From Flavobacteriaceae bacterium (GTDB lineage: Bacteria > Bacteroidota > Bacteroidia > UKL13-3): a DNA stretch of 64,000 bases. Shown here one piece after another: positions 40,456 to 51,300 of the stretch. Positions within the stretch are counted from its first letter, which is position 1. Every line of letters begins with the position of its first letter. The notes below the pieces were generated by a model. The model was given only the letters and a program-made list of their open reading frames with translations, was not told where the DNA came from and searched no databases. The stretch is taken from positions 8,327 to 72,326 of the forward strand of contig SHWZ01000005.1 of the NCBI GenBank assembly GCA_009693575.1, given 5' to 3'. Position numbers and translations under genes: made by a program.

Positions 40456-41838
40456 TTATAGTATAAATTCATCTCCTGCTTCGGGCAGCCACACTTCGGG
40501 CAGTCCTCCTTCTTCGAGCTTTTGTTGCAGCGTTTCCATGTTCAATCCTTCGCCGTGCACCAAGAATGTTTTGCCTGCATTTGCCTGCAATATATCGTAT
40601 GTCAGTTGTTCTCCATCAGCATGACTGCTGAATGCATCGGTTGAAGCAACGGTAGCGTACACCGGCAGCTCCCTGTTTTTTATGCGAATAGTTTGCATCC
40701 CTTGCAAAAGGCGATGGCCGAGAGTTCCTTCGGCACAATAGCCTGCAATGAGTATAGTTGAGTAGGGGTTGGATATATTGTTGGCCACATGCTGCTGTAT
40801 GCGTCCACCCTCCACCATACCGGCTGCACTTACAATAATGCAAGGGTCGAAATAGCTATCGAGTTCTTTGCTGTGTTCGGCATCTTCCACCAGTTGCAGG
40901 TTTTCCCAGTGGAACAAATCTCCATGCGATTTCAGAAATTCCCTTGCCTCATCGTTAAGTAAGTGTATATTCTTTTCGTAAATGTCAATGCCTTTGATGG
41001 CCAATGGGCTATCTACAAAAACCTTTATGGGTGGGAGTTTGCCTTGTTCGTGTAGCTTTTTCAGGCAAAACAAAATGGCTTGTGTACGCCCAACAGAGAA
41101 TGCTGGGATAATTAACCTTCCGTTCTTTTGCACACAACAGCTTTCTACAAACTGCATCAGTTCTTCAGCAGGGTCTATTCCCTTTCGGTGATTGCGGTTT
41201 CCATAGGTGCTTTCGCTAATCAGTGCATCGCATTTCTGTATAGGTTCGGCATCAGGGGTTAGGGGTGAATTATTTCGGCCACGGTCACCAGTAAAATATA
41301 GTGTTTTGAGTTTTCCTTTGTCTTCAATTTTTAGCAAAACAGCAGCAGCACCCAACAGATGCCCGGCTCCGCAGAACTCCATTTCCACATGTTCGTGCAG
41401 TCGAAATGGTTTGTGAAAGTCAAGGGTCACAAACTGCTCCATGCTTTCATTCACGTTGCTTGTGGTATATAAAGGTTTGGGCGATTTTACCTTGCCCTTT
41501 TTGCCTTTTTTATATTCATAGCTTTGTATCTTAGCCGAATCGAGCAGCAATTGCCGACTTAGTTGCAATGTAGGCGGGGTGCATAGTATCTGCCCCCTGA
41601 ACCCTTGTCGCACAAGGTTGGGTATATTTCCAGAATGGTCGATGTGTGCATGAGAAAGGATAACGCAGCCGATAGAAGTTGGTTCAAATGGAAATGAAAC
41701 TTGTGGAGCATAATGAAAATTACGTTTCTGTTCATAATCCAGTCCACAATCCAGCAAAATGCGGTAGCCATCATGCAACTCTATTAAGTGCATACTGCCA
41801 GTTACCTGCCTGGCTGCTCCCCAGAATATCAGTTTCAC
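40456..41838 (-). CDS. MBL-fold beta-CASP metallo-hydrolase (putative RNase)
   Basis: SHAHIDHSG, AGHLLG, ESTYG, FSSHAD and LVHGE motifs. Confidence 0.93.
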   Translation of the reverse strand: MKLIFWGAARQVTGSMHLIELHDGYRILLDCGLDYEQKRNFHYAPQVSFPFEPTSIGCVILSHAHIDHSGNIPNLVRQGFRGQILCTPPTLQLSRQLLLDSAKIQSYEYKKGKKGKVKSPKPLYTTSNVNESMEQFVTLDFHKPFRLHEHVEMEFCGAGHLLGAAAVLLKIEDKGKLKTLYFTGDRGRNNSPLTPDAEPIQKCDALISESTYGNRNHRKGIDPAEELMQFVESCCVQKNGRLIIPAFSVGRTQAILFCLKKLHEQGKLPPIKVFVDSPLAIKGIDIYEKNIHLLNDEAREFLKSHGDLFHWENLQLVEDAEHSKELDSYFDPCIIVSAAGMVEGGRIQQHVANNISNPYSTILIAGYCAEGTLGHRLLQGMQTIRIKNRELPVYATVASTDAFSSHADGEQLTYDILQANAGKTFLVHGEGLNMETLQQKLEEGGLPEVWLPEAGDEFIL

Positions 41839-42650
41839 TCTTTGATAAATTTATAGTTTTTGCCTCCCCACGATACAATATACAAACCTGCCTTCAAGCT
41901 AGAAATATCCACTTGCCCATTTGCAATAGTAAACGATTTACTTTTCCCATCCAACCCAACAATAGTAACCCTTTCTAAACTTGATGGGACAAGCAGAAAG
42001 TCGTTCGCAGGATTGGGGTAAACCATCGTTCCCTTCTTATCCCATTCCAATATATCAAGGGTTTTGTTGCTAAATGAGAATGCATCCAGCCACAACGATT
42101 CTCCATTTTTAGGAACAGCCGTAGTCGGAAAAGAAACTGTCAACGAACACCGTTGTGCTGTTTGATTAATGATATAATTTATTGGCAGGCTCCACTCCGT
42201 CCACGAGTTGGCTGCTCCAAGCTGGGTGCTGCTGCTGGCAGACATGACCCAGTTGCCATTGCTGTCCTTCACCAAGAATTCTAGGCTGATATTGAAAGAC
42301 GATCCTGTGAGTTTGTAGAAGCCTTTTAACTCGGTTGGTTTTCCTTTAAAATTGAAAGGAAGTATGAGAGTTTCCCCTACGGTAAAGCCACTAGAATCAC
42401 GAGCTGAGGTGATCATCAAACTATATGTTCCATTTTTTGAATCGTTGCTGCGTTGTATTCTTGGGGTATCGCCATTAGCCAACAGTTTTGCAGCATACTC
42501 CAAATTCCAATTTTTTGGTTTGATATATTTTCCAGTGTCAATATTTTCCCATTCCTCAAAACTAAAATTGGGTATAAAAGTCTGGGCATTGCTATCCCAA
42601 ACAAACACTTGAAAACCCAGCAAAATGAAGCATAGCCTTGAATACAACAA
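41835..42650 (-). CDS. Secreted carbohydrate-binding-like (PCMD-like) protein with T9SS CTD
   Basis: Signal peptide, IPNFSFEEW, LKGFYK and VYPNPA...GLYIV..KFIKE. Confidence 0.8.
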   Translation of the reverse strand: MLYSRLCFILLGFQVFVWDSNAQTFIPNFSFEEWENIDTGKYIKPKNWNLEYAAKLLANGDTPRIQRSNDSKNGTYSLMITSARDSSGFTVGETLILPFNFKGKPTELKGFYKLTGSSFNISLEFLVKDSNGNWVMSASSSTQLGAANSWTEWSLPINYIINQTAQRCSLTVSFPTTAVPKNGESLWLDAFSFSNKTLDILEWDKKGTMVYPNPANDFLLVPSSLERVTIVGLDGKSKSFTIANGQVDISSLKAGLYIVSWGGKNYKFIKE

Positions 42651-42654
42651 TAAA

Positions 42655-43620
42655 TTATTTTAAGGATTTTGGTTGCTCGGCAGGTTCAAGTTCGTAATGG
42701 TTTTGTGAAATAACCGAATGACGGTCAATATACCTTGGGCCTTCTACAGTCCAATCTGCCAGCGATTTTTTGTCGTAGCGGCAGGTGTTGCATATAAATC
42801 CTGAGTTGCCTTCGGGAGTATCTTCTACTTCTCCCCATTGGTCTTTGCGGCCGGTAACACGCAGCACTTCATCGCCAAAAAGCCACACTGCTGCACGGCC
42901 ACTGCATTTGTCGCAGTTGCGGTGGGCATCCATCGGCCTGGTGAACCACACACGGCTTTTGAACCGAAACGTTTTATCGGTCAATGCACCTACAGGGCAA
43001 ACGTCAATCACGTTGCCACTGAAATCATTGTCAACCACATTTTCTATGTAGGTAGAAATTTCAGCATGGTCTCCACGACCAAGCACACCGTGAACCCTCT
43101 TGTCAGTTATCTGGTCGGCGGTGTTCACACAGCGGTAGCAAAGGATACAGCGATTCATGTGCAACTTTATATGTTCGCCAATATCAACTGGCTCAAAGGT
43201 GCGGCGTTCAAATTCAAAACGGGTTTTCTCCAGGCCATGCTCGTAGCTAAGGTCTTGCAGATGGCATTCTCCAGCCTGGTCGCAGATGGGGCAGTCGAGT
43301 GGGTGGTTCATTAGCAAGTATTCCACCACACCGTTGCGTGCGTCAAGCACCCGTTCGCTGGTAGTATTTTTTACTATCATTCCATCCATGATTGGTGTAC
43401 TGCAGCTGGCTACCAACTTAGGCATAGGGCGTGGGTCTTTGGTGCTTCCAGCTGAAACTTCTACCAAGCATGTACGACATTTCCCGCCACTCACTTTTAG
43501 TTTGCTATAATAGCACATGGCAGGGGGCGACACGTCGGGTCCTATCATGCGGGCAGCGTTCAGAATGGTTGTACCGTCAGGCACTTCTATTTCACGGTCA
43601 TCTATGGTTACTATGGGCAT
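42655..43620 (-). CDS. nuoG: NADH-quinone oxidoreductase subunit G (short form)
   Basis: CYY..GGKCRTC, HPLDCPICDQAGEC, RCILCYRC and DVCPVGAL motifs. Confidence 0.95.
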   Translation of the reverse strand: MPIVTIDDREIEVPDGTTILNAARMIGPDVSPPAMCYYSKLKVSGGKCRTCLVEVSAGSTKDPRPMPKLVASCSTPIMDGMIVKNTTSERVLDARNGVVEYLLMNHPLDCPICDQAGECHLQDLSYEHGLEKTRFEFERRTFEPVDIGEHIKLHMNRCILCYRCVNTADQITDKRVHGVLGRGDHAEISTYIENVVDNDFSGNVIDVCPVGALTDKTFRFKSRVWFTRPMDAHRNCDKCSGRAAVWLFGDEVLRVTGRKDQWGEVEDTPEGNSGFICNTCRYDKKSLADWTVEGPRYIDRHSVISQNHYELEPAEQPKSLK

Positions 43621-43646
43621 TGCTGTGATACTTTTTGTTAAATAAA

Positions 43647-45002
43647 TTAAGCACTTGCGGTTTCATATTTCGTTTCACCAACCAATCCATAGCTTTTTGT
43701 TTGGGCCAACTGTGGATTCTTCACATGCCATTCAAACTCTTCCCGGAAATGGCGGATGGCTGCCGCTACAGGCCAGGCTGCGGCATCTCCCAATGGACAA
43801 ATGGTGTTGCCTTCTATTCTGCGTTGGATGTCCCATAGCAGATCAATATCTTCCATGGTTGCTCCTTTGCCATGTTCTATTTTGTCGAGCACTTTTAACA
43901 TCCAGCCGGTGCCTTCACGGCAGGGGCTGCATTGGCCACAGCTTTCATGATTGTAAAAGCGGGTGAAATTCCAGGTGTTACGAACAATACATTGGTCTTC
44001 GTCATATACAATAAATCCACCTGAGCCCATCATGGTGCCACTGGCAAATCCTCCATCAGCAAGGCTCTCATAGGTCATTAGTCTGTCTTCGCCTTTTATG
44101 TTTTTGTAAAATAATCCAGCAGGAACAATTGGCACTGATGAGCCTCCGGGAACTACGGCTTTCAATCTCTTTCCATGGGCCACACCACCACAGTATTCAT
44201 CACTATTCAGGAACTCCTCTACTGGTAAGCCCATTTCCAATTCAAACACACCCGGGGTTTTTATATTGCCGCAAGCGGAAATAAGTTTTGTTCCAGTGCT
44301 TTTGCCAATACCAATTTTGGCATATTCATCACCACCATCATTCACGATCGGAACAACTGCTGCAATGGTTTCCACATTGTTCACCACCGTAGGGCAGCCC
44401 CACAATCCTTTCACTGCTGGGAAGGGTGGTTTCATACGTGGATTTCCCCGTTTTCCTTCCAGGGATTCCAATAAGGCAGTTTCTTCGCCGCAGATATATG
44501 CACCACCACCGGGCTGCATGTAAAGTTCAAAATCAAATCCACTGCCGAGTATATTTTTTCCAATAAAGCCCTTTGCTCGTGCTTCTTCAATGGCTGTTTC
44601 TAGAATTTCATAAATCCAGCGGTATTCGCCACGAATGTAAATATAGGAAACTTTTGCACCCAAAGCATAGCTGCTAGTTATCATTCCTTCTATAAGTAAA
44701 TGAGGAAGGTACTCCATCAAGTAACGGTCTTTGAATGTACCGGGTTCGCTTTCGTCGGCATTGCACACGAGGTAGCGGGGCACTCCTTCGGGCTTGGCCA
44801 AAAAGCTCCACTTCATGCCAGTAGGGAAACCTGCTCCACCACGCCCGCGAAGGCCAGATTTTTTCACTTCTTCTACTACCTCTTCGGGGGTCATTTTCTT
44901 CAAAGCTTTCTCCACCGAGCGATAGCCGCCATGCTTCATGTAGGTATCTATATGGCGAATGCCTTCTACCTTGTCGTGTTCGAGTAATAGTTTGCGTGGC
45001 AT
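43647..45002 (-). CDS. nuoF: NADH-quinone oxidoreductase subunit F
   Basis: [19 protein letters not shown] and [12 protein letters not shown] motifs. Confidence 0.98.
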   Translation of the reverse strand: MPRKLLLEHDKVEGIRHIDTYMKHGGYRSVEKALKKMTPEEVVEEVKKSGLRGRGGAGFPTGMKWSFLAKPEGVPRYLVCNADESEPGTFKDRYLMEYLPHLLIEGMITSSYALGAKVSYIYIRGEYRWIYEILETAIEEARAKGFIGKNILGSGFDFELYMQPGGGAYICGEETALLESLEGKRGNPRMKPPFPAVKGLWGCPTVVNNVETIAAVVPIVNDGGDEYAKIGIGKSTGTKLISACGNIKTPGVFELEMGLPVEEFLNSDEYCGGVAHGKRLKAVVPGGSSVPIVPAGLFYKNIKGEDRLMTYESLADGGFASGTMMGSGGFIVYDEDQCIVRNTWNFTRFYNHESCGQCSPCREGTGWMLKVLDKIEHGKGATMEDIDLLWDIQRRIEGNTICPLGDAAAWPVAAAIRHFREEFEWHVKNPQLAQTKSYGLVGETKYETASA

Positions 45003-45003
45003 A

Positions 45004-45519
45004 TTATTTATTCCTCCAATCTCCTATTAGTTTGTCCATTTTTTCTGGGGTGAGATACTCATGGAAATTATCTCCCACCTGCATCATGGGGGCATAGCCG
45101 CAAGCCCCAAGGCATTCTACCGTTCGCCAGGTGAAAAGTCCATCTGCGGTTATTTCACCTTCCTTTATTCCCAGCTTGTTTTCAAGGTATTTACATATAT
45201 CCTCAGCACCCACAATCATGCAAGGCCCGGTGCGGCATACTTCTAATACATATTGTCCCACAGGGTGGAGGTGAAACATAGTATAGAACGTGGCAACCTC
45301 ATATACTTCTATGGGTTGGAGTTGCAGCAGTTCTGCTACTTTGTCTTGAGCCTCCACACTCACCCATCCATATTTTTTTTGTACAATATGAAGAAGTGGA
45401 ATAATAGCAGATTTCTGTTTCCCTGCTGGGTATTGTTTGGTAAAATGCTCCACCTGAGCCATCATTTCAGGGGTGAATACTACGGCTGCTTTGCTATGCG
45501 AAGGTTTTGTGCTGTGCAT
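45004..45519 (-). CDS. nuoE: NADH-quinone oxidoreductase subunit E
   Basis: [14 protein letters not shown] and ECLGAC motifs. Confidence 0.97.
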   Translation of the reverse strand: MHSTKPSHSKAAVVFTPEMMAQVEHFTKQYPAGKQKSAIIPLLHIVQKKYGWVSVEAQDKVAELLQLQPIEVYEVATFYTMFHLHPVGQYVLEVCRTGPCMIVGAEDICKYLENKLGIKEGEITADGLFTWRTVECLGACGYAPMMQVGDNFHEYLTPEKMDKLIGDWRNK

Positions 45520-45543
45520 TGATTTAGCTTCTCAATTTTATAT

Positions 45544-46743
45544 TTAGGCGTCTAATTCTCCTGCGATTACGTTCATGCTGCTCAGGGTTACCACGGCATC
45601 GCTCAGCAAAGCTCCCTTTATCATTTCGGGATAGGCTTGGTAATAAATAAAACAAGGCCTGCGGAAATGCAAACGGAATGGCTGACGGGTTCCATCAGAA
45701 ACCAAGTAGAACCCTAGTTCTCCATTGCCGCCTTCTACCGAATGATATACTTCACCTTTGGGTACATCCATTTCACCCATCACTATTTTGAAATGATAGA
45801 TGAGGGCTTCCATGTTATTATACACATCATCCTTCGGAGGAAGATAAAAATCGGGCACATCGGCATGGTAATCTCCTTCGGGCAAATTGGCCAAAGCATC
45901 TTTCACTAATTTGAAACTCTCTAAAATTTCCTGTTGCCGCACCATGAAACGGTCGTAGGTGTCGCCTTGCGTACCCACCGGAATGGCAAAGTTAAAATCC
46001 TGATAACTGCTGTAGGGGTTCATTACTCGCACGTCATGATCAACACCAGCAGCCCGCAGGTTTGGACCAGTAAAGCCATAGTTCATTGCCCGCTCTGCCG
46101 AAATGGGCCCAGCCCCAATGCATCTGTCCATGAAAATACGGTTGCGTTCCAACAAATCGCTAAACTGCTGAAAAACCTTTGGGAAACCTTTGATAAAGTC
46201 GTTCAATTTTTCATAAAACCGTGTACTGAAATCACGCTCGAAACCGCCTATTCGGCCAATGTTGGTTGTTAGTCTTGCACCACAAACTTCCTCAAAAATA
46301 TCGTATATTTTTTCGCGTTGCTGAAATACATAAGTAAACCCGGTCAAAGCACCCGTGTCAACAGCTATCACTGAGTTGCACACCAAATGATCTGAAATAC
46401 GGGCAAGCTCCATGATGATGATTCGCATGTAGTCCACACGTTTGGGTACTGTGCATTTTATTAACTTTTCTACCGTCATGTGCCAGCCCAGGTTGTTGAT
46501 AGGCGACGAGCAATAATTAAGGCGGTCAGTAAGCGGGGTTATCTGGTTGTAGGGCTTGTGTTCCGCTATCTTCTCAAAAGCACGGTGAATGTAGCCCACT
46601 GTCTGCTCACTATTGTGTATCCGCTCCCCGTTCATGGTGAGGATATTCTGAAAAATGCCGTGCGTTGCTGGGTGTGTTGGCCCCAGATTCAATATTGACA
46701 TTTCGCCTTCGAGGCTGTCAATTTCTTGTAGTTCGGTGCTCAT
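45544..46743 (-). CDS. nuoD: NADH-quinone oxidoreductase subunit D
   Basis: LNLGPTHPATHG, GYIHRAFEK and GELDA motifs. Confidence 0.97.
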   Translation of the reverse strand: MSTELQEIDSLEGEMSILNLGPTHPATHGIFQNILTMNGERIHNSEQTVGYIHRAFEKIAEHKPYNQITPLTDRLNYCSSPINNLGWHMTVEKLIKCTVPKRVDYMRIIIMELARISDHLVCNSVIAVDTGALTGFTYVFQQREKIYDIFEEVCGARLTTNIGRIGGFERDFSTRFYEKLNDFIKGFPKVFQQFSDLLERNRIFMDRCIGAGPISAERAMNYGFTGPNLRAAGVDHDVRVMNPYSSYQDFNFAIPVGTQGDTYDRFMVRQQEILESFKLVKDALANLPEGDYHADVPDFYLPPKDDVYNNMEALIYHFKIVMGEMDVPKGEVYHSVEGGNGELGFYLVSDGTRQPFRLHFRRPCFIYYQAYPEMIKGALLSDAVVTLSSMNVIAGELDA

Positions 46744-46746
46744 TTC

Positions 46747-47286
46747 TTATTTGATATACCTCTGGTCAAATTCCTGTCCTTTGTTTCCATCGCGGCCAAA
46801 GTAGCGGTCGTCTTTGTCGGTGCGTGTGCCATCTTCGAGTGCATATTCTTTTCGCATCGGGTGGTAATCCATATCATCCATATTCAATATCCGTCGCAGG
46901 TTTGGGTGGCCTGTGAATAGTATACCATAGAAGTCGTAGGTTTCTCGCTCCATCCAATTTGCAGCATCGTAAAGTGATACAATGCTCGGCACTTCGGGCT
47001 TGGCCTTGGGCACAAAACACTTAAGGCGGATGCGTATATTTTTTGTCCACGAATGAACCAAATATACTACCCCCAGTTCGCGGCCCGCCTGTTCAGGATA
47101 ATGAACCCCGCAGAGGTCAGTGAGGAAGCCGCATTGCAGCGTTTCTTCATCACGCAGAAAGGTGAGGATTGGTAACAGGCTATCAGGTTTCACTTCCAGC
47201 GTTAGCATCTCGTAAGGCTCATCAAAAGCCAGAATGCTGTCGGCAAAACGGGTGCGGATGAGGTCTAAAATTTCTTGATTGTTCAT
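46747..47286 (-). CDS. nuoC: NADH-quinone oxidoreductase subunit C
   Basis: ANWMERETYDFYGI..GHPNLRRIL motif. Confidence 0.97.
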   Translation of the reverse strand: MNNQEILDLIRTRFADSILAFDEPYEMLTLEVKPDSLLPILTFLRDEETLQCGFLTDLCGVHYPEQAGRELGVVYLVHSWTKNIRIRLKCFVPKAKPEVPSIVSLYDAANWMERETYDFYGILFTGHPNLRRILNMDDMDYHPMRKEYALEDGTRTDKDDRYFGRDGNKGQEFDQRYIK

Positions 47287-47287
47287 G

Positions 47288-47830
47288 TTACTTCAAATCA
47301 TGACTATCCTGCAAAGCCTTGTACTCTGGTGAATTTCTCCTTCTCAAACTCTCATGTTTCACCATCTCCTGTATTTTTATGATGCCATCCATAAACTGTT
47401 CGGGGCGGGGCGGGCAGCCTGGTACATATACATCCACAGGAATAATTCTATCTATACCCTGAAGAACAGAATAGGTATCGAAAATGCCACCGCTACTGGC
47501 ACAAGCACCCACGGAAAGTACCCATTTAGGCTCAGCCATTTGTTCATACACTTGCTTCAAAACGGGCCCCAGTTTCTTGGCTATTGTTCCGGCCACAATC
47601 AGCATATCTGCCTGACGTGGACTAAAACTCATGCGTTCCATTCCGAAACGAGCAAGGTCGTAATTACTGCCCATAGTGGCCATAAACTCAATACCGCAGC
47701 ATGAAGTAGCAAATGGCAATGGCCAAAGGCTGTTGGCTCGGGCAAGGCCAATCATTTTATCTATAGCTCCAGTGCTGGTGGCCATAAAACCAGGGCCTTC
47801 AAAGCCGGGTATTTGTTGTTGGTCGCTCAT
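47288..47830 (-). CDS. nuoB: NADH-quinone oxidoreductase subunit B
   Basis: SCCGIE, SPRQAD and PGCPPRPE motifs. Confidence 0.98.
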   Translation of the reverse strand: MSDQQQIPGFEGPGFMATSTGAIDKMIGLARANSLWPLPFATSCCGIEFMATMGSNYDLARFGMERMSFSPRQADMLIVAGTIAKKLGPVLKQVYEQMAEPKWVLSVGACASSGGIFDTYSVLQGIDRIIPVDVYVPGCPPRPEQFMDGIIKIQEMVKHESLRRRNSPEYKALQDSHDLK

Positions 47831-47846
47831 TTTCCTAAGTTAAAAA

Positions 47847-47874
47847 TCGTACTTCGTAAATTGTATTTTGTACT
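47847..47874. repeat. Heptamer tandem repeat in the nuoA-nuoB spacer
   Basis: TCGTACT TCGTAAA TTGTATT TTGTACT; the sense strand reads AGTACGA-type units. Confidence 0.65.
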
Positions 47875-47880
47875 TGCTTC

Positions 47881-48243
47881 TTATCTCTCCCACTCCAAGG
47901 CTCCCTTTTTCAATACATAAAAAAAACCAATGAGGAAAAAAGTAACGAACATGACTACAGCAATGAAGCCTTCGCTGCCTAGTTCCTTAAAGTTGACTGC
48001 ATAAGGATAAAAGAAAATTACCTCTACATCAAACAACACAAAAAGAATAGCGGTGAGGAAGTATTTCACCGAGAATTGAACACGGGCATTGCCCTGTATT
48101 TCGATGCCACATTCGAAATTTTCGTCTTTCACAGCTCCTTTACGGCGTGGGCCAAGGAAGTGGGTAACTACCAGCACCAGCCCTACAAAGCCTACGGCAA
48201 CCATTGATTGCAGTACAATTGGTAAATAATCTTGAGTTTCCAT
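47881..48243 (-). CDS. nuoA: NADH-quinone oxidoreductase subunit A
   Basis: FECG, LFDVEVIF and KKGALEW motifs; start MET at 48243 with promoter TACATTTG at 48255-62. Confidence 0.97.
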   Translation of the reverse strand: METQDYLPIVLQSMVAVGFVGLVLVVTHFLGPRRKGAVKDENFECGIEIQGNARVQFSVKYFLTAILFVLFDVEVIFFYPYAVNFKELGSEGFIAVVMFVTFFLIGFFYVLKKGALEWER

Positions 48244-48362
48244 AAATCGTGCTGCAAATGTAACACGGGCAACGGTGCTGCGAAAATGGTAATTGGCAAA
48301 TTTATTTCGCATAAAAAAGCACATTAGCTTAACTTTACGCCCTTAATTATCAAGGTCTGATT

Positions 48363-51300
48363 GTGAATAATACTTTTTTGAGCCTCTTTTTATTCTGGCT
48401 TGCCATGTCCATTGGCAATAAAAATCAGGCTCAGGTTGTCATCAACGAGCTACAGGGCATGAACCTAGGCAATATTCTTGACGAAGATGGGCAACCATCC
48501 AACTGGGTTGAACTTTACAATAGCGACTCTTTTGATGTGAACCTTCAAGGGTATTTTTTGAGCAACAAAAACGATAAACAGCAACGTTGGCCTTTGCCCC
48601 CAATTATTTTACAGTCAGGCAAGCATTTATTAATTTTTACCTCTGGCAAGGATCGAAGCTATTTTATTGACCACTGGGAAACGCCAGTTTGGTACAATGA
48701 TATGTGGAAGTATAGGGTGCCGGCGGCAAACATGGCTAACTGGAATCAGCCCAACTTTAATGACGCCCTTTGGGCAAATGGGAAAGGTGGAATTGGATTT
48801 GGAGATGGGGACGACAGCACCAATGTAGGAACCTGCACCAGTCTTTACCTGCGAAAGAAATTTGATGTGACCGATACAGCACAAGTGCTCAAAATGTTGT
48901 TTGCTCTTGATTATGATGATGGATATGTAGCCTACCTGAATGGCCAAGAAATTGCACGAAATGGGCTAGGTGGCAATCCTCCAAACTGGAATGATCTTGC
49001 TTCTATAAACCATGAAGCCGTTATATATACAGGTGGACAACCTGATACGGTGAGTGTTTTGTCAAATGTTTTCAAAGGCTTACTGAAACCCACTGGTAAT
49101 CTTTTGGCTATAGAAATCCACAACAATACCGGTAACAGCACTGATATGTCTGCCATTCCTTTTTTAAGCTTAGCAATTACTGATTCTGGACAGTGGTATC
49201 CAAGCCACAACCTTAGTTGGATTCCTTCTTCGGGCAAAAATTACTTTCACACCAATTTTACTACAAAACGCAACACTACAGTTTATCTTAGTGACGCATC
49301 GGGAAAAATTCTTGATGAAAAAAGCACTGGATATTTAGATAGCGGTTTGGTGGCTGCAAGAATTCCTGATGGAAAAAACTGGTGCATAAGTGCTACAGAA
49401 ACACCTGACAGCAGCAACAATGGGCAAAAATGTATTGCAGGATATGCACCAACTCCGAGCTTCAACCTGAAGGCTGGATTCTACAATTCCAACCAAAGTC
49501 TTGCTCTCTCAAGTCCCAACAATAAATGCATCATTCGATTCACCACCAATTGCAAAGAACCGGATAGCAGCTCAAAACTTTTCACAGGGTCAATTATTCT
49601 TCAAAAAAGTACAGTGGTGAAAGCTCGTTGCTTTGACACATCAGGGTCCATGCTTCCAAGTAAGGTTGTTACCAATAGCTATTTTATTAAGGAGAGTGTT
49701 GATTTGCCTGTGATTTCTATATCCGCTGATTCAAGTGATATTTGGGACTACTACAAAGGTATCTATGTATATGGTCCCAACGCCGACTCGGTGAATTTCC
49801 CCTACTTTGGTTCTAATTTTTGGCAAAACTGGGAAAAACCATGTCATGTAGAATATTTCAAGCCCAGCAAGAAGGGCAATCAATTGTTTGAGTTAGATGC
49901 CGGATTGAGCATACACGGCAACTGGAGCAAAGGTTTCCCTCAACGAAGTTTCAGAATAGAAACCCGAAATATGTATGATAGTTCCAAGATTAACTATCCA
50001 TTATGGGATGTGAGAGGCTATTCAGAAATTGAAAACTTTAATATACGCAATGCTGGCATAGATTGGATGAACTGCCACTTGCGTGATGATGTGATGCAGC
50101 AAAATGTATTGAACACCCATAACGACATAATGGCAAGTCAGCCATGTGTGGTTTTTTTGAATGGATTGTATTGGGGTGTTTACCAAATTCGCGAGAAGCA
50201 AGACCAAGACTACTTGAAAGCTATTCATGGCATAGACCCCGCCAATGTAGATATACTGAAATGGAATAACTCGGTTGAACGAGGTGATGGCACTGACTGG
50301 ACCAATCTTTATTCATTCATCTCGAGTAGCGATATGACCCAAGCCAATAGCTATGACAGCCTGACAAAGCTCGTGGACATCGAAAACTATGCAGACTATT
50401 TTGCCTCAGAAACTTATTATGTAAACAATGATTGGCTGGGAGATTGGACCAATAATATTAAGTTCTGGAAGGAGAAAAAACAGGGCAGAAAGTGGCGTTA
50501 TATTATGTGGGATACTGATTTTGGACTTGGCCTGTCCAGTAGTCCAGACTATGATAAACTATATGCTCTTCGCTATCCTAATTCATGGAACTGGCATTCG
50601 GTTATGTTTGATACTATTATCACCAACTCAAACTTCCGGAAGTATTTTGTGAACCGATATGCAGATTTAATCAATACGGTCTTTCTGCCCTCCCACCTCA
50701 AGACAACACTGAAAGAGTTTGTAGATACCATGGACGATGAGATGCTACGCAGCTATAAGCGGTGGACAGCTCAAACTGACCTAACGAATTGGCAAAACAA
50801 TCTCACAAATATGCGGAATTTTATTGACGCACGTCCGGCATATGCCCGCAATTTTATTCAAAGCAATTTCAACCTTGGCGGACAAGTAACTCTTACGTTG
50901 GATGTGCAGCCGGCTGGAGCTGGCAAAATTCATATAAGCACCATAACACCAACTAAATATCCGTGGAATGGAGTATATTTTAATGGGGTGCCTGTTATGA
51001 TTACGGCCATTGCCAACCCTGGTTACACATTCAGTCATTATGCTATTGGGGCTGCTACAGACAGCAGTCAGTCTGTGTTAAAAAACTATACCTCTTCAAC
51101 AACTATCAAAGCTTATTTCACAGGAGGAAAAATGGCTTTGAAATTGGCGGTAAGTGAAATAAACTACAACTCGCCTGACACGATAGACCCTGGTAACTGG
51201 GTGGAGCTGCACAACTATGGCAATTATCCACTCGACATTAGTGAGTATACCCTTCATACACAAGGTGATTTCAGAAAGTTTAGTATCCCTTTGGGAACGG

